From assembly GCA_965228735.1 (NCBI GenBank), contig OZ245838.1:64001-128000 (forward strand): 64,000 nt of DNA, in the 5' to 3' direction. Made by a program: the position numbers and the translations under genes. The stretch comes from Planctomycetota bacterium. GTDB lineage: Bacteria; Planctomycetota; UBA1135; UBA2386. The notes beneath the pieces were generated by a model. It saw only the letters and a program-made list of their open reading frames with translations. It searched no databases and was not told where the DNA came from. Shown piece by piece: positions 47,407 through 57,333 of the stretch. How positions within the stretch are numbered: position 1 is the stretch's first letter; each line of letters begins with the position of its first letter.

Positions 47407-50130
47407 TCAGTGGGCTTCCAGCCAGTTCTGGCCGTGGCCCATGGAGATCTCGAGGGGGACCTTGAGGTCGGCGGCGGTCGTCATGGCGTCCTTGACGAGG
47501 GCTTCGACCTGTTTGAGTTCGTTCTTCGGAACGTCGAGGACGAGCTCGTCGTGGACCTGGAGGAGGAGGCGGGCTTCGAGCTGTTGGTCCTCGATGGCCC
47601 GGTGGACCTTGAGCATCGCGCGTTTCACGATGTCGGCGGCGGCACCCTGCAGCGGCGTGTTGACGGCCATGTTCTCGGCCGCGATGCGCTGCATGGCGTT
47701 GGTCGAGTCGATGTCGGGCAGCGGGCGGCGGCGGCCGAACATGGTCTCGGCGTAGCGTTCCTTCTGGGCGTGCGCGAGTGATTCGTCGAGGTAGCGCTTC
47801 ACGCCTGGCAGCGCCCGGAAGTAGTCGTTGATGAAGCGCTTCGCCTCGGGTGGTCGCATGCCGGTCTCGCGCGCGAGGCGCGACGCGCCCATGCCGTACA
47901 TCAGGCCGTAGTTCACGATCTTGGCCTGGTTGCGCAGCTCGGGCGTCACCATCGCGGGCAGCAGGCCGTGCACGAGCGCGGCCGTGCGCGCGTGGATGTC
48001 CTCGCCGGAGTGGAACGCCTCGACGAGTGCCTTGTCGCCCGACAGGTGCGCGAGCAGGCGCAGCTCGATCTGCGAGTAGTCGGCGGACAGCAGCACCCAG
48101 TCGCGCTCCCGCGGCACGAACGCGCGGCGGACGCGGCGCCCCTCCTCGGTGCGGATCGGGATGTTCTGCAGGTTGGGATCTTCGGAGCTCAGGCGGCCGG
48201 TCGCGGCGACGGCCTGGTTGAACGTCGTGTGGACGCGACCCGTGGCGTCGTCGACGAGCTGCGGCAACGTGTCGACGTAGGTGCCCTTGAGTTTCGTCAG
48301 CTGGCGCCAATCGAGCACGAGCTGCGGCACCTCGTGGTGCGGTGCGAGCTTCTCGAGCACCTCGTGGTCCGTCTTGTAGTTGCCGGCCGCGGTCTTGCGC
48401 GGGCGCTGCACGTTCGCGGCGCGGTGGACCTCGAGCTCGTCGAACAGGAGCTTGCCGACCTGCTGGGTCGAACCGAGGTTGAACTCGTGGCCGGCGCGGT
48501 CGTGGGCGCGTTCGACGAGCTTGAGCGCGCGCTTCTCGAGCTCGCTACCGAGCTCTGTCAGGTGTTCGGTGTCGATCGCGATGCCTTCCCACTCCATGTC
48601 GAGCAGGACGGGCACGAGCGGCATCTCGAGGTCGCGCAGGATGGGAGCGACCTCGCGATCGTCGACGAGCTTCTCGAGCACCTCGGTGAGACGGAGCGCG
48701 AGGTCGGCCTCTTCGGCCACGAACTCGCCGGCGACCGACGGCTCGATCTCGTCGAACGTGCGCTGCTTCTTGCCGCTGCCGACGACGTCCTTCTGGGTCT
48801 TCTTCTGGTAGGCGAAGTGACGCAGCGCGAGCGCCTCGAGCGAATGCGAGGACACGCCGGGCTCGGCGCAGTAGTTCGCGAGCAGGGTGTCGAAGGCGAT
48901 GCCCGCGAGCGGCAGCTCGGCGACCCGCAACGCGGCGCGCAGTTGCTTGCTGTCGTGCGCGATCTTCTGGATGCCGCCATCACCGAGGATCGCGCCGAGT
49001 TGCGCCGCGACCGCGGCGTTGCCGTCACCCACGATCGGCGGGTCGAGGTTGAGCGGCACGTAGCTCGCCTTGCCGGGTGCGGTGGCGAAGGCGATGCCGA
49101 TCAGCTGCATGCCCCGCGGATACCGCCCTTCGGTCTGCGCGGCGACCGCGACGCGCTTGCACGCCTTCAGCTCCGTGATCAGCGCGTCGAGGCCCGCCTG
49201 ATCCCGCACGATCGTGTAGTCCTGCTGCACGTCGTCCTGCGGCTTGGGCGCGGCCGCGAGCTGGGCGGTGAGATTGGTGAACTCGAGCCGTTGGAACAGC
49301 GGCCGCAGCTTCTCCGGGTCGGGCTCGGCGGGGCCGAGGTCGGCTGCCGAGACACCGACCGGCACGTCGAGCCGAAGTTGCACGAGCTGCTTGCTCAGCA
49401 GCGCCTGCTCACGGTTCTCGATCAGCGAGTTGCGCACCGCCTTCTTCTCGAACTCCTCGGCGTCGTCGAGCGCCTTCTCGAGCGAACCGAAGCGCTCGAG
49501 CAGCAGCACGGCGGTCTTCTGGCCGACCTTGGGCACGCCCGGAACGTTGTCCGACGAGTCGCCCATGAGCGCGAGCAGGTCGACCATGAGGGCGGGCGGC
49601 ACGCCCCACTTCTTCTCGCACGCCGCGGCGTCGAGGATCTCGGGTTTGCTCGTCGAGCTGCGCAGGTTCCACAGCTTGATGTCCTCGTCGACGATCTGCA
49701 GGAAGTCCTTGTCGCCCGTGACGAGAAAGACCTCCATGCCGGCTTCCTTGCCCTGCATCGCGAGCGTCGCGATCACGTCGTCGGCCTCGTCCGTCTCGCT
49801 CTCGACGATCCGGATGCCGAACCCCTCGGTCGCGGCGCGAATGTCGTCGAGCTGCACCGCCATCTCGTCGGGCATCTTGGTGCGCGTCGACTTGTACTCG
49901 GGGTAGACCTTGGTGCGCGTCAGGTCGCCGCGCGGGCCGTCGAACGAGATCGCGATCGCGTCGGGCGACTCGCGTTCGATGAGGGCGCGCAGCGTCGTGC
50001 AGAAGCCGTAGGTGGCCGCGGTCGGATGACCGTCGCTCGTCGTCAGCGGCGCGCGCCCGGTGCCCTGGAACGCGAAGAAGCTGCGATATGCCAGGGCGGT
50101 GCCGTCGACGAGGAACAGACGTTTGGCCAT
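47407..50130 (-). CDS. polA: DNA polymerase I
   Basis: LVDG, EADD, GDKD, GDSSDN; TGRLSS.DPNLQNIP, DYSQIELR, YGMG, QVHDE. Confidence 0.98.
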   Translation of the reverse strand: MAKRLFLVDGTALAYRSFFAFQGTGRAPLTTSDGHPTAATYGFCTTLRALIERESPDAIAISFDGPRGDLTRTKVYPEYKSTRTKMPDEMAVQLDDIRAATEGFGIRIVESETDEADDVIATLAMQGKEAGMEVFLVTGDKDFLQIVDEDIKLWNLRSSTSKPEILDAAACEKKWGVPPALMVDLLALMGDSSDNVPGVPKVGQKTAVLLLERFGSLEKALDDAEEFEKKAVRNSLIENREQALLSKQLVQLRLDVPVGVSAADLGPAEPDPEKLRPLFQRLEFTNLTAQLAAAPKPQDDVQQDYTIVRDQAGLDALITELKACKRVAVAAQTEGRYPRGMQLIGIAFATAPGKASYVPLNLDPPIVGDGNAAVAAQLGAILGDGGIQKIAHDSKQLRAALRVAELPLAGIAFDTLLANYCAEPGVSSHSLEALALRHFAYQKKTQKDVVGSGKKQRTFDEIEPSVAGEFVAEEADLALRLTEVLEKLVDDREVAPILRDLEMPLVPVLLDMEWEGIAIDTEHLTELGSELEKRALKLVERAHDRAGHEFNLGSTQQVGKLLFDELEVHRAANVQRPRKTAAGNYKTDHEVLEKLAPHHEVPQLVLDWRQLTKLKGTYVDTLPQLVDDATGRVHTTFNQAVAATGRLSSEDPNLQNIPIRTEEGRRVRRAFVPRERDWVLLSADYSQIELRLLAHLSGDKALVEAFHSGEDIHARTAALVHGLLPAMVTPELRNQAKIVNYGLMYGMGASRLARETGMRPPEAKRFINDYFRALPGVKRYLDESLAHAQKERYAETMFGRRRPLPDIDSTNAMQRIAAENMAVNTPLQGAAADIVKRAMLKVHRAIEDQQLEARLLLQVHDELVLDVPKNELKQVEALVKDAMTTAADLKVPLEISMGHGQNWLEAH

Positions 50131-50246
50131 GCGTTCGTTGTAGCGGTGCGGCCGACCCGGCAGAAGCTTCGGCCTGGACGCGGTGGTCGCGGGATTTCGG
50201 GGATTGGTGGCCGGCAGGGGGTCGGATCCTCGTTCGACCGGGAGAG

Positions 50247-51230
50247 ATGATCGGCAAAAGCAAGGCCGGCGCGTCCTGGCGCGCCGTGATGTTCGTGTCC
50301 TGGTGCAGTTGCGTGACGGTGCTCGGCGGCTGCTTCAGCGGTCAGCGGTTCCTGTCGCCCAACAACCCGATTCAGAGCTCCGGGATTCTCGACGAGTTCG
50401 AGTCGCAGGCGACCAGCGGCGGCTTCCGGGAGCTCATGACCGTCTACTACGAGAGCTCGGACGAAGTCGAGAAGCGCGCCTCCCGCGATCGGATCATCAA
50501 CGGTCTGACGTTGCTGATCGACAACGAGTACGAGTACTTCGCCACCCGCATGCTGTCGGTCCGAGCGTTCACCAACACCGGGCTCGACACCACCGCCGCC
50601 GGGTTGTCGATCGCGGCGACGCTCGTGCCGCACACCGCGACGTCGTCGCTGCTGTCGGGGCTGAGCGCCGGTGTCCTCGGAGTCCGGTTGTCGGTCGACA
50701 AGGAGTTCTTCTACGAGCAGAGCTCGCCGATCCTCGTCGCGCAGATGAACCAGGACCGGGAGACCGCCTACCGCAGCCTGAGCACCGGGCTGAGCCAGGA
50801 TACGACGAAGTACCCGCTCGCTCGCGCCGCTCGCGATCTCGGTTCGTACTACCAGGCCGGCACGCTCGTGAACGCGTTCGCGCAGCTGTCGCAGCGGGTG
50901 AGTGGCAGTTCGACGGCCCCCGGACTGGCGGCGGTTCCGCGCCTCGCGGTGACACGATCCGAGGAGAACGACAAGCTCGCGTTCGAGGTCGAGTTCCACA
51001 ACGCTGCGTTGGTCGGCCGTGACATCAACATCCAGGCCGTCGCCTACGGCGCGGCGTCCGGCGGTCGCCCGGCGCCGATCCTCGAGAACCGGATGGTGGG
51101 CGTGAAGCTCGATGCGGAGGGGAAGGGCACCGCCGCGTTCGAGATCGCGCCGGCCGGGGGAGTGACGGTCGAGCGGGTCGAGTTCACGGCGCCGACGAGC
51201 ACCGCGTACGTCTACGAGGTGCCGAAGTGA
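50247..51230 (+). CDS. Putative lipoprotein, uncharacterised
   Basis: LGGC lipobox-like; internal hydrophobic helical hairpin; C-terminal beta domain; start uncertain. Confidence 0.7.
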   Translation: MIGKSKAGASWRAVMFVSWCSCVTVLGGCFSGQRFLSPNNPIQSSGILDEFESQATSGGFRELMTVYYESSDEVEKRASRDRIINGLTLLIDNEYEYFATRMLSVRAFTNTGLDTTAAGLSIAATLVPHTATSSLLSGLSAGVLGVRLSVDKEFFYEQSSPILVAQMNQDRETAYRSLSTGLSQDTTKYPLARAARDLGSYYQAGTLVNAFAQLSQRVSGSSTAPGLAAVPRLAVTRSEENDKLAFEVEFHNAALVGRDINIQAVAYGAASGGRPAPILENRMVGVKLDAEGKGTAAFEIAPAGGVTVERVEFTAPTSTAYVYEVPK

Positions 51231-53089
51231 TGCCGCGCGGTGGGATCCGGGGCGCGGCGCTGCTGCTCGCGGCCTTCGTGTCCGGGTGTGCGGTGCCGGT
51301 CGTCGGCCCGGATGCCTACCTGCACATGATCTGCGTCGATCCCAACGGTGACGCCGCGCCACTCGAGGTCGAGGGGCCGGCATCAGGGGGCGATGCGGCC
51401 GCGGGGCCGACGTCGCGGCGCGCGACCGCGATCGACCTGCACGTGCGGGACATCGCGCGGCGTTACTGGACGGAGTGCGTCGAGCTCGGGCGCGATCCAC
51501 GGGATCACACGATCCGGCTCGTGATCCACGGCGGTCTCGTGGGCATGCAACAGTCGGTGCAGGAGGCCGAGGACGCGCTGCCGATCATGCGGCGCGGCAA
51601 GGACCGCGGCGGCGTCTTCCCGGTGTTCGTCAACTGGGAGGCGGGGATGGGGCAGTCGTACGGCAATCACCTGTTCTCCGTGCGGGGCGGTCGTGAGGAG
51701 CCGTTGTGGTACACGATTCCGACGGCGCCGTTCCTGTTCCTCATCGATGTCGGGCGGGCGGTCACGCGCTTCCTGCCCGTGCTCGCCACGAATCAGCGCA
51801 GCAACATCCAGAAGAGCTATCTCGAAACGGCGCCACAGTCCGTGCCACACGGTTGGGAGGAGTCGGCATGGATCGACACGCACGATCAATACGACGGTGG
51901 GTGGATCACGGCGCGGAACGTCGCGCAGGAGTTCGTCCCCGGGCTCGCCCGGCTCGTCACGACGCCGCTGCTCGACCTCGTCGGCTACAGCGCCTACGGC
52001 AACATGATGCGGCGGACGCGCGTGCTGCTCCTCAAGGATGGGGACTTCGACGGCGGCCACCACCGGCCGTCGGGGGCGCTGTCACTGCTGATGCAGCACC
52101 TGCTCGGGGAGAGCCAACAGAAGGACGAGGTCGTCGGCGAGCTGCGGCGCCAGCTGCAGATCGAGCTCGCGATCGCCGCCGAGAGCGAGCGAGGGGCGAT
52201 TCAACAGCGGTTGGACGTCGCGAACCGGATCCTGAACAGCAACGAGTACGGTCATCGCGACGAGCCGTTCGCGAACGTCGGAGAGCCGACGTTCGAGGTC
52301 ATCGCGCACAGCATGGGGACGCACATCGCGAACGGACTCGTGCGGCGTTACGGGCATACGGCATCATTCCGCAAGATCGTGTTCCTCGGAGCTGCGTGCA
52401 GCATCCGCGAGTTCGCGGGCCAGACGTTGCCCTACATCGTGCGCAACGAGGACTGCACGTTTCACAACCTGTGCCTGCACCCGTTCGACGAGATCGGCGA
52501 GTGGAGCTACGGCGGGACGATGCCGCATGGTTCTCTGCTGATCTGGATCGACTCGTACCTGACCGAGCATCGCTCACAGATGGACTACACGCTCGGACAG
52601 TGGAACAACGTGATGCGTGCGCTGCCGATCATCGACTATCTGCGGGCGGACGTGCGGCGACGGATCAAGGTCCGAGGCTTTGGACGGCGCGGGCGATATC
52701 CCCACTCGCACGGCGCGCTGAACGACGTCGCGTTCGGCTACTGGAAGGAGTCGTATTACGACCCCGAGAAGGACCTGCGAACGCGTCGCCGGGTCCTGCG
52801 GCAGATCGAGGAGCACCGCGGGCGCTTGAGTGAACTCGCCGCCGGCTACGCGGCGAAGCTGAAGACGATGCAGCGGGACATGGATCGTCAGCTGGCCGAG
52901 ACCGACAGTGCGGCGGACGTCGAGCGGGTGCACGCGTCGTTCGTGGAGCAGGCCTACGACCAGCAGCGGCAGGCCCGGGGGCGCGGCGTGCCGCTGAGCG
53001 TCGATGCCCTGCTCGCGCGTTGGCGCGAGCAGGTCAAAGCGAGGAAGGCCGACCTGCGGGCCGCGAGCCGGCCCATAGGGTCGATCTGA
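51227..53089 (+). CDS. Lipoprotein alpha/beta hydrolase
   Basis: VSGC lipobox; IHGGL, VNWEAG, AHSMG nucleophile elbow, SHG. Confidence 0.75.
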   Translation: MMPRGGIRGAALLLAAFVSGCAVPVVGPDAYLHMICVDPNGDAAPLEVEGPASGGDAAAGPTSRRATAIDLHVRDIARRYWTECVELGRDPRDHTIRLVIHGGLVGMQQSVQEAEDALPIMRRGKDRGGVFPVFVNWEAGMGQSYGNHLFSVRGGREEPLWYTIPTAPFLFLIDVGRAVTRFLPVLATNQRSNIQKSYLETAPQSVPHGWEESAWIDTHDQYDGGWITARNVAQEFVPGLARLVTTPLLDLVGYSAYGNMMRRTRVLLLKDGDFDGGHHRPSGALSLLMQHLLGESQQKDEVVGELRRQLQIELAIAAESERGAIQQRLDVANRILNSNEYGHRDEPFANVGEPTFEVIAHSMGTHIANGLVRRYGHTASFRKIVFLGAACSIREFAGQTLPYIVRNEDCTFHNLCLHPFDEIGEWSYGGTMPHGSLLIWIDSYLTEHRSQMDYTLGQWNNVMRALPIIDYLRADVRRRIKVRGFGRRGRYPHSHGALNDVAFGYWKESYYDPEKDLRTRRRVLRQIEEHRGRLSELAAGYAAKLKTMQRDMDRQLAETDSAADVERVHASFVEQAYDQQRQARGRGVPLSVDALLARWREQVKARKADLRAASRPIGSI

Positions 53090-53113
53090 AGGTCCTCCGA
53101 GGGGGCGGGAACG

Positions 53114-54694
53114 CTACAGCGTGCCGCCGCCCTCGGCCTCACCGTCGGAGTCGGTCGGTTTGCGGTCGCGAATGGTGAGGCGGTTACGCACCCAGACGGC
53201 GCCGCCGTCATAGGCGTTCGCGGTGGCGCAGGCCTTCGCCGGGCGGTCGTCGACCGTGCCGGTCAGGACCGCGACGCCATCGTTGACGTCGACCTTGATC
53301 GAATCGGCGTCGAGGAACGGACTCCAGCGGAGCTGGGCGCGAATGTCGGACTCGAGCAGCGCGTCGTCGGCGAACGAAACCGGCGGCACGTAGCGGAACC
53401 AGCGATGCGTGTAGAGGGGATAGGCATCGACGTAGGGGTCGTAGGCCAGGAAACGCTCGTCGCTCACCGCCAGATAGTTGCGGACGGCGACGACCCCGGG
53501 CACGTGCGCGACGACATCATCGGCCCACCCGCGTTCGAACGTCGTGTCAACGGTGCCCTGGAGGCGCAGGACGCCGTGCTTCACCGTCACGTCGATCGCG
53601 GGCGCGTCGAGGTAGGCTGCCCGTTCGAGCGCCTCGCGAGCATCCGCGACGATCGCGTCTGCGGGGCGGTCCTCGGCGGAATCCACGCGGATGCGGTTGT
53701 CGACGCGCGCGACGCCTACGGTGTTGCGAGCCGTGTTCGCAGCCGCCCTGCGGGCCTTCAGGTTGTCGACACTGCCATGCAGGGTCACCTTGTCGAAGTC
53801 GACGTCGACGAGCAGCTGGAAGCGTCGAACACGCGGATCCTGCAGCAGCGCCGCGGCGACCGCGTCCTCGATCTCATCCGGCGCTCGAACGGCCGCCTCG
53901 CTCGGGCGCAGGCGGTCGTTGTCGGCCCAGGTTTGGACCCGAAGTTCGCTGCGGTCGACCGATCGCACACCGCGAACCTCGGCGAGACGCTCGGCGCGTT
54001 TCGCCTCCGAGGCGCTGCCCACGGTGCCCGAAAGTCCGACGTGACCCTCGTCGACGCGGACCGCGATCAGGCCGTCGTGCACGAGGAGGTCCCAGTGCAG
54101 ACGTTCTTCGATCTCGGTCTGGAGTTCGGCGTCGGTGCGGATCGATTCGGGGCGCACGTCGATGCGGTTGTCGACATCGGTCACGCCCGCGACACCCTTG
54201 CAGACGTTCGCGCAGAGGCGGCGCTCGGCCCACGACTGGGTCGTGCCGGTGAGGGTTACCGTGCCGTCATCGGAAGCCGTGACCTGGATCTCGTAGGAAT
54301 CGGCAGCCGGGTCACGCAGCAATGCTCGCTTCGTCGCGGCCGCGAGCTCGTCGGCGGTCAGATCGTCGCGGGGCGGCACCCGAACGAGATCGATCACGGA
54401 GCGGACGCCGCGCACCGTGCGCGCGATCGCCGCGGACCGCTCGCGCGCGAGCAGGTTGTCGGCCGTGCCCGTGAGCGTCACGATGCCGTCCTCGACGGCA
54501 ACGTCGAGTTGCGTCGGCATCAGCACGACGTCGGTCACGAGCTCGTTCGCGACGGCGGCGCGGATGGCGGCGTCCGTGAGGTCGTTCGCGGACCGGGTGT
54601 CGGTCGGCGCGGCTTCCGGTTGCTGCGTCAGCGCGGTCCCCGGGAGCAGGAGAATCGGGAGAATGGAGACGGTGCCGAGATTGATTGGAATCAT
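53114..54694 (-). CDS. Multi-BON domain protein
   Basis: About six repeats of V.V.DG.V.L.GTV...A...A..V.GV..V.N. Confidence 0.92.
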   Translation of the reverse strand: MIPINLGTVSILPILLLPGTALTQQPEAAPTDTRSANDLTDAAIRAAVANELVTDVVLMPTQLDVAVEDGIVTLTGTADNLLARERSAAIARTVRGVRSVIDLVRVPPRDDLTADELAAATKRALLRDPAADSYEIQVTASDDGTVTLTGTTQSWAERRLCANVCKGVAGVTDVDNRIDVRPESIRTDAELQTEIEERLHWDLLVHDGLIAVRVDEGHVGLSGTVGSASEAKRAERLAEVRGVRSVDRSELRVQTWADNDRLRPSEAAVRAPDEIEDAVAAALLQDPRVRRFQLLVDVDFDKVTLHGSVDNLKARRAAANTARNTVGVARVDNRIRVDSAEDRPADAIVADAREALERAAYLDAPAIDVTVKHGVLRLQGTVDTTFERGWADDVVAHVPGVVAVRNYLAVSDERFLAYDPYVDAYPLYTHRWFRYVPPVSFADDALLESDIRAQLRWSPFLDADSIKVDVNDGVAVLTGTVDDRPAKACATANAYDGGAVWVRNRLTIRDRKPTDSDGEAEGGGTL

Positions 54695-54872
54695 GACGTC
54701 CCACCCTGGCGCAAGGCCCGTGCCAGGCCCGGTCAGTTCCCCTTAACAGACTTCATCACAGTAGCTTAAGCGTTCGTGTCGTGCGGGGCTCGTCCGCATC
54801 AGAAGCGCGACTTCCGGAACCCTCGCCGCGCCGCTTCGGGCGCGGCGAGCGACGCGCATGGGCGTCGTGGCG

Positions 54873-55586
54873 CTACAGCACGTACTTGATCGCCACGAAC
54901 CCGCCGACGAGCAGCGCGGTTCCGGCGACCGTCACGAGCGCGAAACGGCGCTCGATGAAGTCCTTGATCGGCGGGCCGTAGTGCCGGAACAGCCAGGCGA
55001 CGAGGAAGAAGCGCGCCGATCGGCTCACGGCGGACGCGAGGACGAACATCGGGAAGTTGATCGCGAACACGCCGGCCGTGATCGTGATCACCTTGTAGGG
55101 GATCGGCGTGAAGCCCGCGGCGAAGACGAGCGCGAAGTCCCACTCGTTGTAGAGCGCCTGCACGCGTTCGTAGCTGTGCTCGTTCACCCCCGGGATGTAG
55201 TCGAAGAAGAACTGCTGCAGGTTGTCCCAGAAGAACATGCCGATGCCGTAGCCGGCAACGCCGCCGAGCAGCGAGGCGACCGAGCACCAGAACGCGAAAC
55301 GATAGCTCTTCTTGACCTCGCCGATGCACAGCGCGATGAGCAGCACGTCGGGCGGGATCGGAAAGAAACTGCTCTCCGCGAAGCTCAGGACGAACAGCGC
55401 CGGGACCGCGTAGCGCGTGTCCGCCCAGTGCAGCACCCAGTCGTAGAGCCGGCGGATCGGGCCCTTGCGGCCGCCGGGCTCGGCAGCGGACTCGGCAGCG
55501 GACGCGGGAGCTCGATCGGTCGCGGGGCCGGAGCCAGTAGCCGGACCGGACTCGGTCGCCGGATCGGATTCGGTCGGGTTGGTCAC
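54873..55586 (-). CDS. YqaA/DedA family membrane protein
   Basis: SFAESSFFPIPPD, AGFTPIPYKV, SRSARFF. Confidence 0.92.
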   Translation of the reverse strand: MTNPTESDPATESGPATGSGPATDRAPASAAESAAEPGGRKGPIRRLYDWVLHWADTRYAVPALFVLSFAESSFFPIPPDVLLIALCIGEVKKSYRFAFWCSVASLLGGVAGYGIGMFFWDNLQQFFFDYIPGVNEHSYERVQALYNEWDFALVFAAGFTPIPYKVITITAGVFAINFPMFVLASAVSRSARFFLVAWLFRHYGPPIKDFIERRFALVTVAGTALLVGGFVAIKYVL

Positions 55587-57301
55587 GTGCCGTTTGGTTC
55601 GTCGGAGCTGAGGGTCATCTCGTGGACGTCGAGAACCACGGGGCCTTCCTCACCACGCGAGCTCAGGCGCGGCGAGTGCAGCAGGGTCCAGGGGCCCGGC
55701 TGGCCGCGCAGCTCCTCGAAGCGGCTCGCGCCGCGCACGAGCCGGGCCGGCAGCACGTGCCCGTCGGCGACGACGCGCAGCCGGAGGTCGAGGCCGCGCG
55801 CATCGGTCATCGGCAGGCCGACGGTCCGCACGTCCGAGGTCACGAACCGCGGTCGCGGGTGACCGGTGCCGAACGGTCCGAGGGCGTCGAGTCGGCGGAT
55901 GGTGTGCGGATCGAACTCGTCGAAGTTCGCCGGGCCGTCGTAGTAGACCGACTCGTCGCACGGCAGGCGCTCGCACACGTCGGCGAACTGGTCGCAGAAC
56001 GCGTCGAAGTTGGCGCGCTTGACCTCGAGCCCGACCGCGGCCTTGTGACCGCCGTGCGATTCGAGCAGCTCGGCGCAGCCGCCGAGCGCGTCGCGCAGGT
56101 GCAGGCCGGTGTTGCAGCGGCCGGAGCCGCGGCCCGTCTCGCCGTCGAACGCGACGAGCACGACGGGCTTCTTGAACGTCTCGGCCGCGCGCGCGGCGAC
56201 GATGCCGAGCACGCCTGGATGCCAGTTCTCCGAGCCGAGCGCGATCGCCGGCTTGTCGATGTCGGCCGCAGCCAGCATGACCTCGTCCTGCATCTGCCGT
56301 TCGACGCGGCGCCGGTCCTCGTTGTGGCGTTCGAGCACCTTGGCGGCGGCCTGCGCTTCGGCGTAGCCCGGCGCGAGCAGCAGTTGCACGGCCTCGATCG
56401 CGTGCCCCATGCGGCCCGCGGCGTTGATCAGCGGCGCGATCCGGAACGCGATGTCACCGACATCGATGCCGCGGTGCGAGACGCCGGCCGAGTCGAGCAG
56501 CGCGCGAATCCCCGGGTTCTTGCTCTGGACGAGCGCGCGCAGGCCGTGGAAGACGAGCGTGCGGTTCTCGCCGACGAGCGGCGCGACGTCGGCGACCGTG
56601 CCGAGCGCGATGCACGCGACCGCGTCCGCGAGGAACTCGCCGAACTCCGGGCTCTGCATCATGCTGCCCGAGAACGACTCCGCGATCGCCGCGGCGAGCC
56701 GGAACGCGACGCCGCAGCCGGCCAGGTCGCGATCGGGGTAGCCCGAGTCCGGCAGCCGCGGGTTGAGGATGGCGTAGGCATCCGCCACGTTCTCGTCCGT
56801 GCCGTGGTGGTCCGTGACGATCACGTCGACGCCGGCGGCCTGCAACTTGGCGATCGAGTCGACCGCGTTGGTGCCGTTGTCGACGGAGATCACGAGCTGA
56901 TGGCCGCCCGCGAGGACGGCATCGACGCTGGCCTGACTGATCGAGTAGCCGTCGGCGCGCGCCGGGATGTACGGCTTGCTCGTCGCGTGCAGCATCGAGA
57001 AGAACTTGTGCAGCAGCACCGTTCCCGTGACGCCGTCGACGTCGTAGTCCCCGTGGATCAGGATCGACTCGCCGCGCTGGATCGCCGTGCGGATGCGGTC
57101 GACGGCCCGCTGCATCTGGCCGAACTCGAACGGGTCGTGCAGGGTGCGGAGATCCGGCCGCAGGAAGCGCCGGACTCGGTCCGGATCGTCGTGGCCGCGG
57201 GCCAGCAGCACGCGCGCGACGATATCGGGCAGGCCGACCGTCTTGGCGAGCGCCCCCTCGCGCGGATCCACTTCGAGGTTCTTGGGTGCTACGCGGCGCA
57301 T
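55583..57301 (-). CDS. recJ: Single-stranded DNA exonuclease RecJ
   Basis: GDYDVDG, VDNG, TDHH, GTVADV, GSGR, GGHKAAVG. Confidence 0.93.
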   Translation of the reverse strand: MRRVAPKNLEVDPREGALAKTVGLPDIVARVLLARGHDDPDRVRRFLRPDLRTLHDPFEFGQMQRAVDRIRTAIQRGESILIHGDYDVDGVTGTVLLHKFFSMLHATSKPYIPARADGYSISQASVDAVLAGGHQLVISVDNGTNAVDSIAKLQAAGVDVIVTDHHGTDENVADAYAILNPRLPDSGYPDRDLAGCGVAFRLAAAIAESFSGSMMQSPEFGEFLADAVACIALGTVADVAPLVGENRTLVFHGLRALVQSKNPGIRALLDSAGVSHRGIDVGDIAFRIAPLINAAGRMGHAIEAVQLLLAPGYAEAQAAAKVLERHNEDRRRVERQMQDEVMLAAADIDKPAIALGSENWHPGVLGIVAARAAETFKKPVVLVAFDGETGRGSGRCNTGLHLRDALGGCAELLESHGGHKAAVGLEVKRANFDAFCDQFADVCERLPCDESVYYDGPANFDEFDPHTIRRLDALGPFGTGHPRPRFVTSDVRTVGLPMTDARGLDLRLRVVADGHVLPARLVRGASRFEELRGQPGPWTLLHSPRLSSRGEEGPVVLDVHEMTLSSDEPNGT

Positions 57302-57333
57302 GTCGCTGCGGTATGGTAGCGAGCCGAAACGAG

